From Lama guanicoe (lineage: Eukaryota), in the NCBI GenBank assembly GCA_013239625.1, contig MU053504.1, positions 2,364,607-2,428,606 on the forward strand: a DNA stretch of 64,000 bases, given 5' to 3'. Position numbers and translations under genes: made by a program. The notes beneath the pieces are model-generated. The model was not told the origin of the DNA, made no database searches, and saw only the letters and a program-made list of their open reading frames with translations. Position 1 is the first letter of the stretch, and each line of letters starts with the position of its first letter. Shown here in pieces: positions 25,801 through 39,891 of the stretch.

Positions 25801-28800
25801 AGCTGGTCTGGGATTTCTGGGCATCTTTTACATTTGAAGAATAATTGCATTGTCTGGGGGGCCCTCTAGAATCCAAATCCCTCCCCAGACCTGCCCAGCA
25901 GTCAGAGAGATTCCCCAGGGCCAGCACCCCAGCCCTCCCCACCCGCCCCCCACCTCCTGTTAGAAGCCTGCGGAAGAGAGGGGCTCCTCCAGAAACAGGA
26001 TGGTGCCCTAGGGAGGAGAGACTTGTGGGCCCCAAGTTTGGCTGGGGAAGGTGCAGGTGGCCCCCAGAGCCCTGGAGGGGGCTCGCATGAGCCAACCCGT
26101 GGCTTAGAAGAGGAGAGAAGCCTGCTTATTGGAAGAGGGGGCCCGTCTTGGAGTGTTTCAGCTGCTGGAGGCTGGACCCTGAGGGGTGGGGTGGGGTGAG
26201 CCAGGTGGACTAACTGCCTGGGCCAGACTCTTCTCTGGGCGGGTCCCTCTTGGCATCATTTTTGTTGTAGTGGTCACTGTTGGGCAGGGAAGTGACCTGC
26301 TGATGGCCTGGAGAGCTGAAGTGGACTCCGACTCTGAGGAGGGAGGAACGCCCCACACCAGACTGGGCTACTGACCCTCCAGGGCTGGGAGTCTAGCCTG
26401 CGACCTCAGCCCTGCTCAGTGACTGTGGGGCTGTGGCCTCACTCGAACAACAGGCAGCAGCACTTCCTGGGGCAAGATGCCTGTGCTTTGGGAACAGGCT
26501 GGGGTTGAGTGGTGGTGGCTGCAGGGCAGAACCAGTGCAGGGAACTCACGTTTCCAGGGTGTCTGTAGCTTCAAGAAACATCAACGGAGCAGGGCTTGCT
26601 GGTAATTTAGGAAACAGAGAGCTACGCAGGCCCACTGCTGCACAAGCACAGTGGCCTTCACAGGGTGTGCATATGTTATAGGAACCCAGAGCCAGCTTCT
26701 CTGCCACATCGGGGAGGGACGTGTCCTACAGGCCTTCAGGTGGGCTAGGCTGGGGATGCCTGAGACTTGGCTGAGGTGGAGTGTATGTGGAGGTTTGTGT
26801 GGCATGTGAATGAAACTGAAGGCAGAAAGGTCAGCTGAGTTCAGAGGGTCAGAGGCTGACGTGCTGAGGCCTTCCTCATACCTGGTACATAGTAGGTGCT
26901 CATGAATTGCTAGATTTTATCCTGGGTCAATGAGAGGCCATGCTTGTCTTTAAGGGGTGGGACTCTGGGAGGTCAGCATGTAGGAGGCAGGCGGGTGCCT
27001 GGAGCAGTTGAGGGCAGAGGCAGCAGTGATCTGGGCTGTGGGCTTGACAAGCCTTGGCCTGATGGGTAAGGGCAGGACTTGCACTGAGGATGGAGCCTTG
27101 GGCGTGCTCTGGCTCTCCAGTGGTTTAAACTGTGATGGAGAAAGCATAAGGGGACTCCTGATGCCCCCAGTTCAGTTCTGGGCATTTCCAAGAGGGGCTC
27201 AGCGGAGTCAGATGTTGGAGGCCAGGACTAAACCATGTCTCTAGTTATCTGGCGATTAGGAGGTTCTTCTTGGAGGGTGAACTTCCGAGGGTGACAAAAT
27301 GAAATTGGTGAGGATGTTGAGAGAAGGGGGGTGGGGAAGTGGCTGTGGACACATGCTGGGTGCCCAGCGCCTGGCCTTCATCCATCCTTCTTTGGTGACC
27401 CTGCCATGGGACAGTGTGTTTCTTCCCTCTTTTCTTCTTTCCTTCCCCTGCTACCTTCTTTCCAGTTTGGCTTCTTGGGCAGGTTCAGTCTCGGCAGTGT
27501 TGGCTCTGGCCTGCAGGGGGAGGTGGTGGCCTGCAGGCCAGAGAAATGGTGGGGAGGGTCGGGTTGGAGGAGGGTGGGGGAAAGGCGAGGAGGCCGTCGG
27601 GCATCTGGGCGTCTTGAATGAGGGTGGGCCTGATTTCCTGAAGCTACCAGGCTTGGCCTGCCTGCAGACCTGGGGGCCCCAGCCTCCCACCCCCAACTGG
27701 CCATGGAAGCAGGAGCCAGAAGGCAAGTGGCTGCTGCCTGGTGCCTCCCTCCTCCTCCTCTTGCTCCCAACTCCTCCTCCCCCTCCCCCTCCCTGCCTGG
27801 CTGAGCCAGCACTTTTTTCTTCTCTCCTTTATCTGCTCGGAAAAAGTACAGGGTGTTCTGTTTCTCTTGTGCATACAGATCAAGGAGGGGATGTTATTTA
27901 TTTATTTATTTCCTGAAGGCAAGAGGACAGGCAGGCACTGAGGAGCATTAAGTGATTCTTCTTCCTCATCAAGGCATTTCTCATAAAATGAAAAGAAAAA
28001 AATTCCGAAAGAAAAATGACAAACCAACAGAAAACAAATTTTCTCCCCTCACCCCTCTACCCTAGAGGGTAGAGGTAATAGCGCCCAAAGGTCCAGTTCA
28101 GCATTTAGCTGAGGCTCCAGCCTAGAGTAGGTGTTGCTGCCTATGGCTTTCTGTCTCCTCTTCAGTTTGGACCCCAGGGTATGCTGGCTCCATGGGCCAC
28201 TGTCGGGGGCCATAGGCAGTCTCCTCGTTTCCGCCATCTGTAGGCTGTGCATGTGGCTTCTTTGGCTTCTTGGAGGATCCCAGAGGTTCACAGGCCCATT
28301 TGGGACAAGGCCTGTAGGGAGACGGAACTATGGGATTAGCAGTGAGGGTCAGGGGAACAGGTGCCCTACATGGCCATCCCTGTTTACCTGCTCCCACCAT
28401 GTCTGTTTGAGTTGAAGGTCTCTGACATGTTGGGAACTTGGGGTCCTTTCATGTTCATCTTAAAGGCAAACTGCCTGCCTGCATTTCCTGCCAGCCATTT
28501 CTGAAGCACGTTCCAAAGAAAGTCGGCCCATAATTTAGCTGCAGAACTACAAATGAGTTTCCCACATGAGGCTCTTGAAAATGCTGGGCATCTCTTGACA
28601 TCCATATAGGGCCTGGAGTTCAGGTACCCACCCTGGGAATGCACTGCTGCCCCAAGCATCCCTTCCCTCTACAGGGCTCCAAGGCTGCAGCTTATCCTAG
28701 CCCCAGGGATTCAGAGATGATGCTGCAGGGAGCCTGGGAGGCTCTGCGATGAGTCCTTAGGGACCTCAGGGGCAGCTGGACCCCCAGTTTCATCCCAGTT

Positions 28801-29779
28801 ACATCCTAATCCCCATAGGAGCTTTTCGAGAATGAGTTCCACCAGTAAGGTCTGAGAACCTTTATTGTATAAAAGTGGTTGTTTTGGGGGCAGGCCTTGG
28901 GCTGGAGGTAGGGCTGGAGACCGAGAGACCAGCGCAGGGGCAGAGCCCCCCAGCCTTGGCGCACTGGGGCATGGGGGCGGGGCGGGCGGTCCGCCACGTC
29001 GTCGCATAGCCGGGTGCCCGTCAGGCCCAGCAGCGGTGGCGTCAGCAGCAGCTCTGAGCACCCTGCGTGTTTACAAACCTGATGCGGAGCACGGCCCTTG
29101 CCTGTGCCGCTAGGCGGACTCTTCCTCTCCGCTGGCCTCCGGTGCAGGCAGCCACACCCTCACCTCTAATTTTAGTCCTCCCGAGGAGAACCTGGGGGAG
29201 GGAGAGGACGGAGTCAGAGGGGGAGCGGAGGAATTGTAAGGGGGAGGGGAGGAAAGGACTCGAGCCAGCTCTGACCTCCGTGCCTCCAGCAGGCCGAACA
29301 GAACATCACTGGGGCGGGGGTGCGAATTGGGGGGGGGGACAGAAGAAGGACAGAAGGACACAGGAAGGAGGAAGAGGGAAAGCCAGGACACAGGATCTCC
29401 TGGAAGCGGGGCAGGGAGCGGGGCTGTTTGGGAAGCCCCTGCCTCTGAACCGGACACACTGCCTCCGAGGGGCTCCGAGCAGCGGGCGCCACCTTCCGGC
29501 CCTCTATGGAACAGTCCTGTACCGAGTCGAGTCGGCCTATGGGTTGGGGGGGGAGGGTAGTTTGGAGGGAGTTTGGGGGCTTTTTGGCAGGTGGAGTGGG
29601 TGGGGAGAAAGACCCCTTTTAAAATCTATGATCAAAAGTTCTTAGAGAGCGCTGTTCAGGGTGGGATGGAAGCCTAAGTGATCAGACCTTGAAATGTGTG
29701 GATAAGGAAGTTAGTGTGCTGCATTTATTTTATTTTATTTTTTTATGGGAGCCAGGAATGTCTATCTGAATGGCTACTG

Positions 29780-30300
29780 AGGTGTTTATGCGTACTTATG
29801 CACATACATATAGTGAGGGTTGTAAATCCTAAGGGTACAACTATGCACATTGTGTAACTACCATTCATGGAAAGATCCATCCATTTTCCTTCCACCCCTA
29901 GAAAGTTCCCTTTTGACCACTTTCATTCATTCTCTTCCTCCCAATCTCTCTTCTGTTATCACAGAGTCATGGTACCTCTTCATGAATTTCATACAAATGG
30001 AGCCGCACAGTATGGTGCTCCTTTGTCTCTGGCTTCTTCTGCTCAATGTAATGTTGAGAATATCAGTAGTTTGATTCCGTTTATTGCAGATGAGTATTCC
30101 CTTGTATGAATACGCTACACGTAGCCCAGTATTTTTATCCATTCTTCTGCTGATGGACCTCTGGGGTGTTTGTTTTTGGCTATTATGAATAAAGCCGCTA
30201 TGCACGTTCTTTTGTGTATCTATTTGGTGGAATAAACTGTTTCTCTTGGGTGTATTTTTGGGAGTGGGATTGCTATGTCACTGGAAGGGTTATGCTTAGC
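29780..30300 (-). mobile_element. Old LINE-1 (L1M) fragment
   Basis: TCTGGCTTCTTCTGCTCAATGTAATG...TTTTTGGCTATTATGAATAAAGCCGCTATG...TTTCTCTTGGGTG...GAGTGGGATTGCT. Confidence 0.7.
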
Positions 30301-31479
30301 TTTCTTAGGTATGGGTGACAGGTTTTTATATGCCCCCTGCCCACTGCCCAGAAGCTACCTTCCACCCCCGTTCACTCCCCTGGATGCTGTGGATGGTATG
30401 TCTACCTGGACAGTATGCAGCTTCTGCCAGGGAAAACTTAGCAAAGGCAGCTGGGTCAGGGAATGAACAGGGGCAGGATCAGAGCTGAGTGGCCCCTTGG
30501 GATGGCCCGCAGACACCTTCAAACCCTCGTGGTCACTTCGGGAATAGAAGGGTAGCCTCTCCCAGCCCTGGGGTCAGATTCAAAGACCCCCTTAGCCTCC
30601 CAACCATCAGTTGCCTAGGCTGGCGTCTCTGAGCAAGCTGGCTTAGCGTAACTGTCAATTTGATGTCTGGCCTCAAGTGCCACGGGCCCTCATGGTCCAC
30701 TGTTTCCTGGGCTCTTTGCTGCTTTGCGGTGACTGAGGGGCTGAGTGGCCTGGGAAAAAAACTGGAGACCTACCCGGAATAGCAGAGGTTCATCTGATAC
30801 CAGCCTTGTGGCACTTTTTGGGGGAAGGGCAGGACTGTATCCTGCCTACCAAATTGCCACCTCATCGAGGCTTTGAAAGACTAACAGAAAGCAAGAGGAG
30901 AAGAGAAGGGGCGAAGAAGAGAGAGTGCCAGGGAAAGTCCAGACAAGGGAGGGAGAACAGGGTGTCTGGTGCTGTGTGTGCAAGTATCCTGGGATTTGCT
31001 CCAGCATCCTGAGGTCCATGCAAGCATCCTGGGGTCCCTGTGAGCATCCTGGGGTTGACGTGAGCTGGACCACAGCAGCTGGGTAGGGTTGTGCTGGGCT
31101 GAGCTAGGGTCAGCAGCACCAGGGTCTGTTGCTCCTGACTTTGGCCTTCTTGGTCATTCCCTTCCTGGTTGACTTTAGTCTCATCCTTGTCAGGTGTGGG
31201 GTGGGATTGATCGATTTCAGAGGCTCAAGGTGGGCTCTCAGCTCTCCTGTTTGCTGATGGGGGCTCACAGTGCATTCTCCCTTCCTATCTCCTTCCCTCT
31301 GGCTCTCCCCCCTCCCCCACATCTTTTGGAAATAGCTTTTCTTGTTCAGGTCCTTGGGGAGGGAGTGAGAGGGCTCAAGGTCCCCCTTTGAGGGCAAAGC
31401 CTGTGAGCATCTCTTGGGGCAGGTGGGAATGAAGGCAGAGCGGGTGAGCTGTGACCCCCTCCCCTCTGCAGGTTCCTAG

Positions 31480-31761
<282 letters not shown>

Positions 31762-34009
31762 TAGTGCTCTGGCCCAGACTAAAATCTTGTTATTTTAGCT
31801 TCTTTCCTGGGGTAAGTGTTCCACCATGCATGTTGCCTGGGCATTTTCCAGAAACTTCCTTTGCCCACCTCAGCACCCTTCTCAGGCGGGCAGGATACGG
31901 CTCTGGCCACCATTTCTGGAACATGATCTAGGGTTTACAGTGCTTTGAAGGGTGAAGACACCCGGAACCAAACTGTCTTGGCAGTGGGTAGACCGATTTC
32001 TATTTCTCAAGAAGGAATTCTGCAAGTTTCTGTTAGCCATGAGCTTTTGAGTATGAATTAGTGTATCATGACTGAGAGCTAGGCCTGGGACAGTAGGAAT
32101 TCAGGGCAGTGGAGGTGGAAGAAGACTTCGGGCCTCCTTATGAGTGATGGACAGGTCTTAGGATTGTCTGGGAAGAGTCTGTCCAGATTGCAGAGTAATG
32201 AGGACTCTGGAGAAAGCAGCCAGGTAAGAGACTTCCCTTGGCAGGGGGCAGATTTTGCCAGAGGTCCTAGAGGGTGGGAAATTGCCTGACTTGCAGCTGG
32301 AAGCTAGGGTTTCTCAGCCAGGGGATCTGACCAATGAGACCATGAAAATGGCCCAGTGGAACCACTCATGGTGGTCTAGCGTGTGTGGGCTGCCTGGACC
32401 CTCCAGAGGATTTGGGGTCTGTGTCTGTTCCCCCATGGGCAGCAAGGCCAAGTGGATTCTGTGTGCCTGCTTTTGATGAATGGGGCAATTGGCTCTAAGA
32501 AGTAGCTGTTCAGACTTAGAACACGCAGAGGTGGAGGAGACATGAGAACCTTCTCTCTTCTTCCAGAAACTTTGATCACATTAAAAGTCTTTCCCGAGAG
32601 CATTCCCTGGAAGTGAAGTTGCATCTCTCTTCCCCGGCACACACACGAGTGTGTGTTGGCGGTGAGGATGAAGGTGTAGTCCAGGGCGCTCGTAAACCTG
32701 GGGCCAGCCAGCTGGGAAGCCCTGAAACTCTTTGCTCAACATCTGATTGGCTGGCCAGGAGCCTTAGAGATGGGATGGCTCCATTTGTGGTTCTTGAGTC
32801 TTGATAAGACATTCAGGGTCTGACATAAAAGCAGAAGATGGGAGGACAAATGGCCCAGTCTCAGTGGCAGTTGACAGCTGAGGCGTGCTGTGCAGGAAAG
32901 TGATGGTTCAAGGCCATGAGGTGGAAGGGATGGGGCTGCAGGAGGCTGAGGGCGTGCATATGGCAGGAAGCCTTCCTCATAGGGGAGGGGGCTCTGGTGG
33001 GCCTCAGGTGAGGGGGGAGTTGGGTAGGTAGTGAGAAGAAGGAGGGGGCAGTTGCACACATGAAATGATGTATGTGTGGAGTTGGATCGAGGCAGACCCT
33101 GCCAGGAGATGGGAGAGCAAGTCCAAGTGAGGGCTCATGTGCGTGTGCTGTGTGTGCAGACAACACAGGCTGAAAGCCCAGGCTGCAGGTGCACCTGCTG
33201 CAGTGTGAGGTGCTGGCCGTGACTCCCGGTTAAGGGCCGGAGGGGTGACCAGAAGTCCAAGGACACGGTGAGGTAGATATGAAGATGGTGCCTGGTACTC
33301 TTCGGATGCAGGGATGTAGCAAGGATGACAGAGGTGAGGGGCATGTGGGAGAGGGCAGGAAACATTCTCAGACAGAGGCCTGCTCTGGGCTGCCCCACCT
33401 CCTTGTAGAGCCTGGGGAATAGGAGTGGAGTGCTGACCTTGATGTTGACCTTGAGCTGCTCACCTCACTGCTGCTCATGCTAGTGTCTGGAGCCAGGAAG
33501 GATACCCCATGCCTGGACGTCACTGCCGAGTGACTGTGACTTGGAGCTCCCTCGTGTGCCCTGGGGAGAATCCAAGCTGCAGGCCCCCTTTTTCTCCTAT
33601 TGGGAGCTCAAACTAAGCAATACGCCTTGGGGAGCCCCAAGCCTGAGGCTGTAAAAATGAATTACTAACAGATGTCCCCACTGCCCCTCCAGGAACCTTG
33701 CCCAGGGAAGAAGGTCACTGGGTTTCCAGTTTTTTGTGCCCTCTGGTCTGCCCACTTTCTCCAGACAAAGGGACTTACTACACATTCTTGCCTGTGATTC
33801 CAGAGACACCAGGAAATTCTGTCTCTCTGGTTGTGGCTTGAGGTTGATTGTGTTTTCTCTTGCTCTGTATTTGGTACATAGTTGCTTACAATGCCTTTTT
33901 TTTTTTTTCAGTAACTGATGGTTTAATTAGAAACAGCCCAGGAAAGAGAAAGCACAAAAAAGAGGAATGCCCAGTTCTGGGGGTGAGGGGTGATTGTTGT
34001 CTGTTTTGG

Positions 34010-34375
34010 TGCATTAAGATGGCTATTGCTGCGTAACAGACCGCCCTAAAATGTAGTGGCTTAAAACAGCACCATTTTATTTGCTTATATTCTGTGGCTC
34101 CAGAAATCTGGGTTTCTTTTCATGGTGGTCACATTCTAAGAGGGTGAGAGTGGAAGCCACAAGGTTTTTTGAGTCCTAGGCTCTGAAGCCACAAACGTCG
34201 CTTTTACTGTGTTCTGCTAATCAAAGCAAGTCACAAGTCCAGCCGCGATTCAAGGGGTGGGGAAACAGACTCCAGCTCCTGGTGGGAGGACTGGCAAAGT
34301 CGTGTTGCAAGGGGCCATGTGTGTCAGGATAGAAGGAATTATTGTGACCATCTTGGCAAAAAAGTTACCACACAT
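34010..34375 (-). mobile_element. MaLR LTR (MLT1)
   Basis: GCTATTGCTGCGTAACAGACCGCCCTAAAATGTAGTGGCTTAAAACAGC...AAAGCAAGTCACAAGTCCAGCCGCGATTCAAGGGGTGGGGAAACAGACTCCA. Confidence 0.7.
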
Positions 34376-35254
34376 GATGTCTTGAATCAGGCCTCCAAAA
34401 ACAAAACACCAAAAAAATGTTCCTTTCTGTTCCCCTTTCATTTTTCCAACTTACCTGGGAGCCCGGCTGGGAAGGAGACAAATGCATCACAGTCCCTGCA
34501 GCACAAGAAAAGGAAACTGAGGCCCCGAAGAGGAAATAGGTCCAGGCCAGAGCATCGGGTACCTCGGCTACAGACGGGAGGGTAGAACCAGCCACCAGCC
34601 CTGTGCCAGCTTGGGCTCGGGAGTTGCCCTCTGCCCTGGTCACTCTTAGGGCTCTGCCACCTGTGCCAGAGAACAAGAAAGCTTAGTTTTCTCCAGAAGT
34701 CTGGTTTAGACTCCCTTGGGGAGTATTCTTCCAAACCGGAATGTTTGCCCTCTTTCCTCTACCCTAGACTGAGTTGGGAGGTGACCATCTTCCGTCTGTG
34801 AGAGGGGGCGTAGACGTTTAGGCCACTGGATTTTGAGGAACTGGAGGAAGGCCAGATGGGGACCCAGGGTCTGGAAGGCAGGGCCTGCTTCTGGGCCTCC
34901 TCACTGGGGATTTCAGGTACCCTTGCTCCCCTCACTGGGACCATTGTACCCTCTGGTGCCCATAGAATTTCTCACAAGGGGGAGGCACCAGTGAGGAAGG
35001 AGGATCTGTTGTCTGGTGTTATCTTAGAAGGAGAGCCTTCTAATTCTAGTGAGGTGACTTGGGGTCAGATCGTAGAGTCACTAAGGGTAGACGTTACCTC
35101 AGCTATCAAGTGGAGCCCATTTTGTGCCACACGTGGTTTCCGTTGGGAGTGTTTGTTGCCAGAGGGGGACCTAATCCCCTTTCTGCCCTGTTCTTGGGGG
35201 TGGAAGGATCCTCTTAGAGGAGGGCACGTGCGGCAGTGTTCTGGCCCTCTCTGA

Positions 35255-35806
<552 letters not shown>

Positions 35807-35919
35807 TAGATTTATTACTAGGTATGTGGGTGTGTGATTATTGTTAGATACTCTCATAAATGGTAATTTTTGAAAAACTTTATCTTCTAATTGTTCCCAG
35901 GGTATAGAAGTATAACTGA

Positions 35920-37470
35920 TTTTTTTCATTTTTTTATTGATGAATACTTGACTTACAGTATTATATTAGTTTCAACACAGTGATTCAATATGTTTATACA
36001 TTATACGCCGTTTAAAGTTATTACAAAATAATGGTTCTATTTCCCCATGTTATCCAATATATTCTTGTTATATAGTAGTTTGTATCTCTTAATCCCCTAC
36101 CCATGTCTTGCCCCTCCCTCCTCCCTCTCCCCACTGGTAACCACTAGTTTGTTCTCTATATCTGAGTCTGTTTCTGTTTTGTTACATTTATTCATCTGTT
36201 TTATTTTTTCAACTCCACATATAAGTGGTAACAGAGTATTTGTCTTTCTCTGTCTGACCTGTTTCACTAAACATAATACTCTCTAGGTCCATCCACATTG
36301 TTGCCAATGACAGATTTCCATTCTCTTCTTTATGATTGAGTAGTCTTCCATTATAAATATAAACCACATCTTCTTTACCTGCTCTTCTCTTGATGGACAC
36401 TTAGGTTGCTCCCATATCTTGGCTATTGTAAATAATGCTGCAGTGAACATTGGGGTGCAAGTATCTTTTTGAATGAGTGTTTTCTTTTTTTTTGGATATA
36501 TACCCAAGAGTGGAATTTCTGGATCATATGGTAGTTCTGATTTTAGATTTTTGAGGAATCTCTGTACTATTTCCCATAGTGGCTATGGCAGTTTACATTC
36601 CCGCCAACAGTGTAGGAGGGTTCCCTTTTCTCCACACCCTCGCCAACATTTGTTATTTGTAGTCTTTTTGATGATAGTCGTTCTGACAGGTGTGAGGTGG
36701 TATCTCACTGTCATTTTAATTTGCATTTCTCTGATGATTAGCTATGTTGAGCAACTTTTCACTTGCCTGTTGGCCATCTGTATGTCTTCTTTGGAAAAGT
36801 GTCTATTCAGGTCTTTTGCCCATTTTTGAATCGAGTTGTTAGTAGTATGAACTGTTTATATATTTTGGATTTTGTTTTGTCAATGGCTTCCTTTGCTGTG
36901 CAAAAGCTTTTAGGTTTTATTAGGTCCTATTTGTTTATTTTTGCTTTTGTTTCTTTTGCCTTAGGAGACAATCCAAAAAAATGTCATAATTGTCATAATT
37001 GATGTCAAAGAGTAGTCTGCCTTTGTTCTCTTCTAGGAGTTTCATTGTTTTAGGTCTTACATTTAGGTCTTTAATACATTTTGAGTTCATTTTTGTATAA
37101 AGTGTGAGAAAATGTTCTAATTTCTCTCTTTTGCAGGCAGCTGTTCAGTTTTCCCAGCACCACTTATTGAAGAGACTATCTTTTTTCCATGTATATTCTT
37201 ATCTCCTTTATCACAGAGTAATTGTGCATGGGTTTATTGCTGGTTTCTCTATTCTGTTCCATTGGTCTGTGTGTCATCTTGTGCCAGTGTCATGCTGTTT
37301 TGATTACTGTAGCTTTGTACTATAGTCTTAAGTCAGGGAGCGTGATACCTCCAGCTTTGTTCTCTTTTCGCAAGATTGCATTGACAATTTGGGGTCTTTT
37401 CTGATTCCATATAAATTTTAAGATTATTTGTTCTAGTAATGTGAAAAATGTTATGGGTTTTTATACTTTA
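35920..37470 (-). mobile_element. LINE-1 (5'-truncated: ORF2 C-terminus + 3' UTR) in SMOX intron 3
   Basis: Minus-strand peptide [38 protein letters not shown] is an L1 ORF2 C-terminal motif; T-rich tail at 35920; disrupted frames. Confidence 0.9.
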
Positions 37471-38734
37471 TTTTTAGGTACTGATTTTAGCTTTCTTGCT
37501 AAATTATTTTTAATTATGATACTATATCTATTAATATATCATATTAATTTATATTCTAACTGTATCTTGGAATTTTATGTATATAATCCTATACCAAAAA
37601 ATGAGAATTTTGCTTTCCCCCCTTCTAATCCTCAGACCAGCATTGTCCAATAGAATTTTCGATGACAGTGGAGATGTTTTAGACCTGCACTATCCAGGAT
37701 GGCAGTCACTAGTCACATGTGGCTTTTAAGCTCTTGAAATGTAGCTAGTAATAGTGAGGAACTAAATGTTTAATTTACTTTTAAATTACTATAAGTATCT
37801 AGTGGTTACTGTTTTGGACAGCATAACTTAAAACTATTCATTTCTTTTTCTTGCCTTGTTGTACTGGCAATCTCCAGTGCAGTGTCTGATAGAAGTGGCA
37901 GTGATATACATCTTGTCTTATTCAGGCTTTTTTAACAATGTTAACATTTTTAGTGTCTTTCAGTGGTGCTGTGAAGTGCACTCATCAGTCAAGGTAACAT
38001 GTTGATCTTGCCTTTGGCTAGCTTGTCATTTATAGTGCAGTGAACCTTTGCTTCAGGTCAGTAAATTGGCCAGCAGGCACCTATTGTACATTTCCTATGT
38101 CTCTTGGGCATGGGAAAGGGGAAATGACCCTTGCTTTGGGGTAGTCCCTGCTCAGAGGAGGGCAGGCACACTTAGTGTCTTATGTGTGTGTACCCACAAG
38201 GTATGTTGTGTACAGTTCCATGGTATTGTGCGTTGTCACTCAATATTACTACTGAGCAGATAAGAACTAATATTCTTCAAAGGAGACCTTCCTGGTCTAC
38301 TGGGAAGTCATGTCCTGATTCTTATGTTATTGTGAGTGCTTCAAGCATGGAGAATGGCTTTCAGGGTCCATAACTTACTTATTCTTTTACATGTCCTTCA
38401 AAATAGATCATCATCAACTCCTTCTTATGGGTTTGATGTTTGAAAGCCAAGAGTGGGAGTCATGGAAAGTAGGTTGGATAAAGGTGGGTTCTCACTCTGG
38501 TGGTGTGCTTTGGGTCAGAGGAGATGTTAACCATGAGGTGAAGAGACAGATTTCCTTATGTAACTCTTAAACAATGTTGGAGGCTATTCTGAAGAGATGT
38601 GCTCCTAAGCATGAAGCCTTGCCTGAGGATGAATAAATACGTAGTCCTCCCCCTGAAGGTGATGACTTTGAAGGGCTACTCATTTGAATGTATTACATTT
38701 GTTAACAAATAAATGAGTTTGTACAGTAGTTATC

Positions 38735-38935
38735 ATATAGAGCTTAGTCTCTGGAGCATGATTACTGTGATTCAAATACCAGTTCTACCTTTTATTAGCT
38801 ATATAATCATGGGCAAGTTATTGAGCCTCACTCTCCTCATCTGTAAAATGGGCACAATAATACGTACTTCATAGTGTCATGATGATTTAATGAGATTCCA
38901 GTGAAAAGTGCTTCATGAGAATTGGGGTGAGTATT
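38735..38935 (+). mobile_element. MIR SINE (representative; others at ~12185-12390, 23110-23260, 45140-45340)
   Basis: GGGCAAGTTATTGAGCCTC...CCTCATCTGTAAAATGGG...AATAATAC core. Confidence 0.7.
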
Positions 38936-39755
38936 ATTAGTTGTTCCAGGCCTGTCCCACATCCCTTGGGTCACCTTGGGAAGATGTCATTTAAGCCAGG
39001 ACAGGAGACTGTATCTGTATGACAAATGCGTGTTCAGTTAAGGCTCTCCAAATGGTTGACACAAAGAATCATGTAGATGGACTAAATTTGTTAGCTGGGC
39101 ACTTTCGCCTTTAGTCAGCGTAAGCTGACTAGCCTGCAACTACCATGCTGCTTATCACTAAAGCGAAAACCCCAGGGAGGAGGAGGCAAGTTGAAAGCCT
39201 GACTCCTTGGCAGTGATACTGGGTGAGGAATTTGCTGAGGACTCCAGTTAAGGCCAAACGCCCAGCATCTTGTGACAGTAGGAAGGAAAAAATGAACAAT
39301 TTAACTCATTTTCTTCTTTGTGTTCTATGTTTCAGAGACATATTTAATTCATGTTTCAGTCTTATGGGGTGGGGCATTTCCCTTGGGTGGAGTGGTGGTG
39401 GGGGTGCAGTGCCACCTTCTTTCCAGCAGCCTCGGCCTGGTTACAGGGCAGACAAATCTCTATGAATGTGTATTGACCACATTCAGACTCACTTTAGGAA
39501 GGTAAACACTCTATTAATCAACACCAGCCACCGATGTTTGGCCATGGAGCCCACACTGGCCAGGGTCCTGGGAGGGAGAGTGGGCATGTGAAGATGCCCA
39601 CAGCCCTTCAGTGATGCCAGGGTCTTGGATAAAGTCTGGAGTCCTTGACTTGACTCTTAGTCCTTCATGCCCTGGCCTCTGCCTGCTTTTTCAAAGTCAT
39701 CTTTTGCAACTGCCTGTCTCCTTGCTGCCCGTTTCAGCGAGACTGAGCCACTCTG

Positions 39756-39891
39756 TATTTTTATTTTATTTTTTGGAGGGAGGTAATTAGGTTTATTTAT
39801 TTACTTTATTTCTAATGCACGTACTGGGGATTGAACCCAGGAACTTGTGCATGCTAGGCATGCACTTTACCACTGAGTTATACCCTCTCGA
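39756..39891 (-). mobile_element. tRNA-Ala-derived SINE (Vic-1-like)
   Basis: Same tRNA-like head and tail; 16-bp TSD AGACTGA(G/A)CCACTCTG at 39740 and 39892. Confidence 0.85.

Noticed and set aside
30983..31062. Regularly spaced repeats as a CRISPR-like array
   Set aside because: Eukaryotic intron, a short degenerate tandem unit, no unique spacers and no cas genes.
36209..36829. ORFs in SMOX intron 3
   Set aside because: Fragments and antisense shadows of a decayed L1 ORF2.
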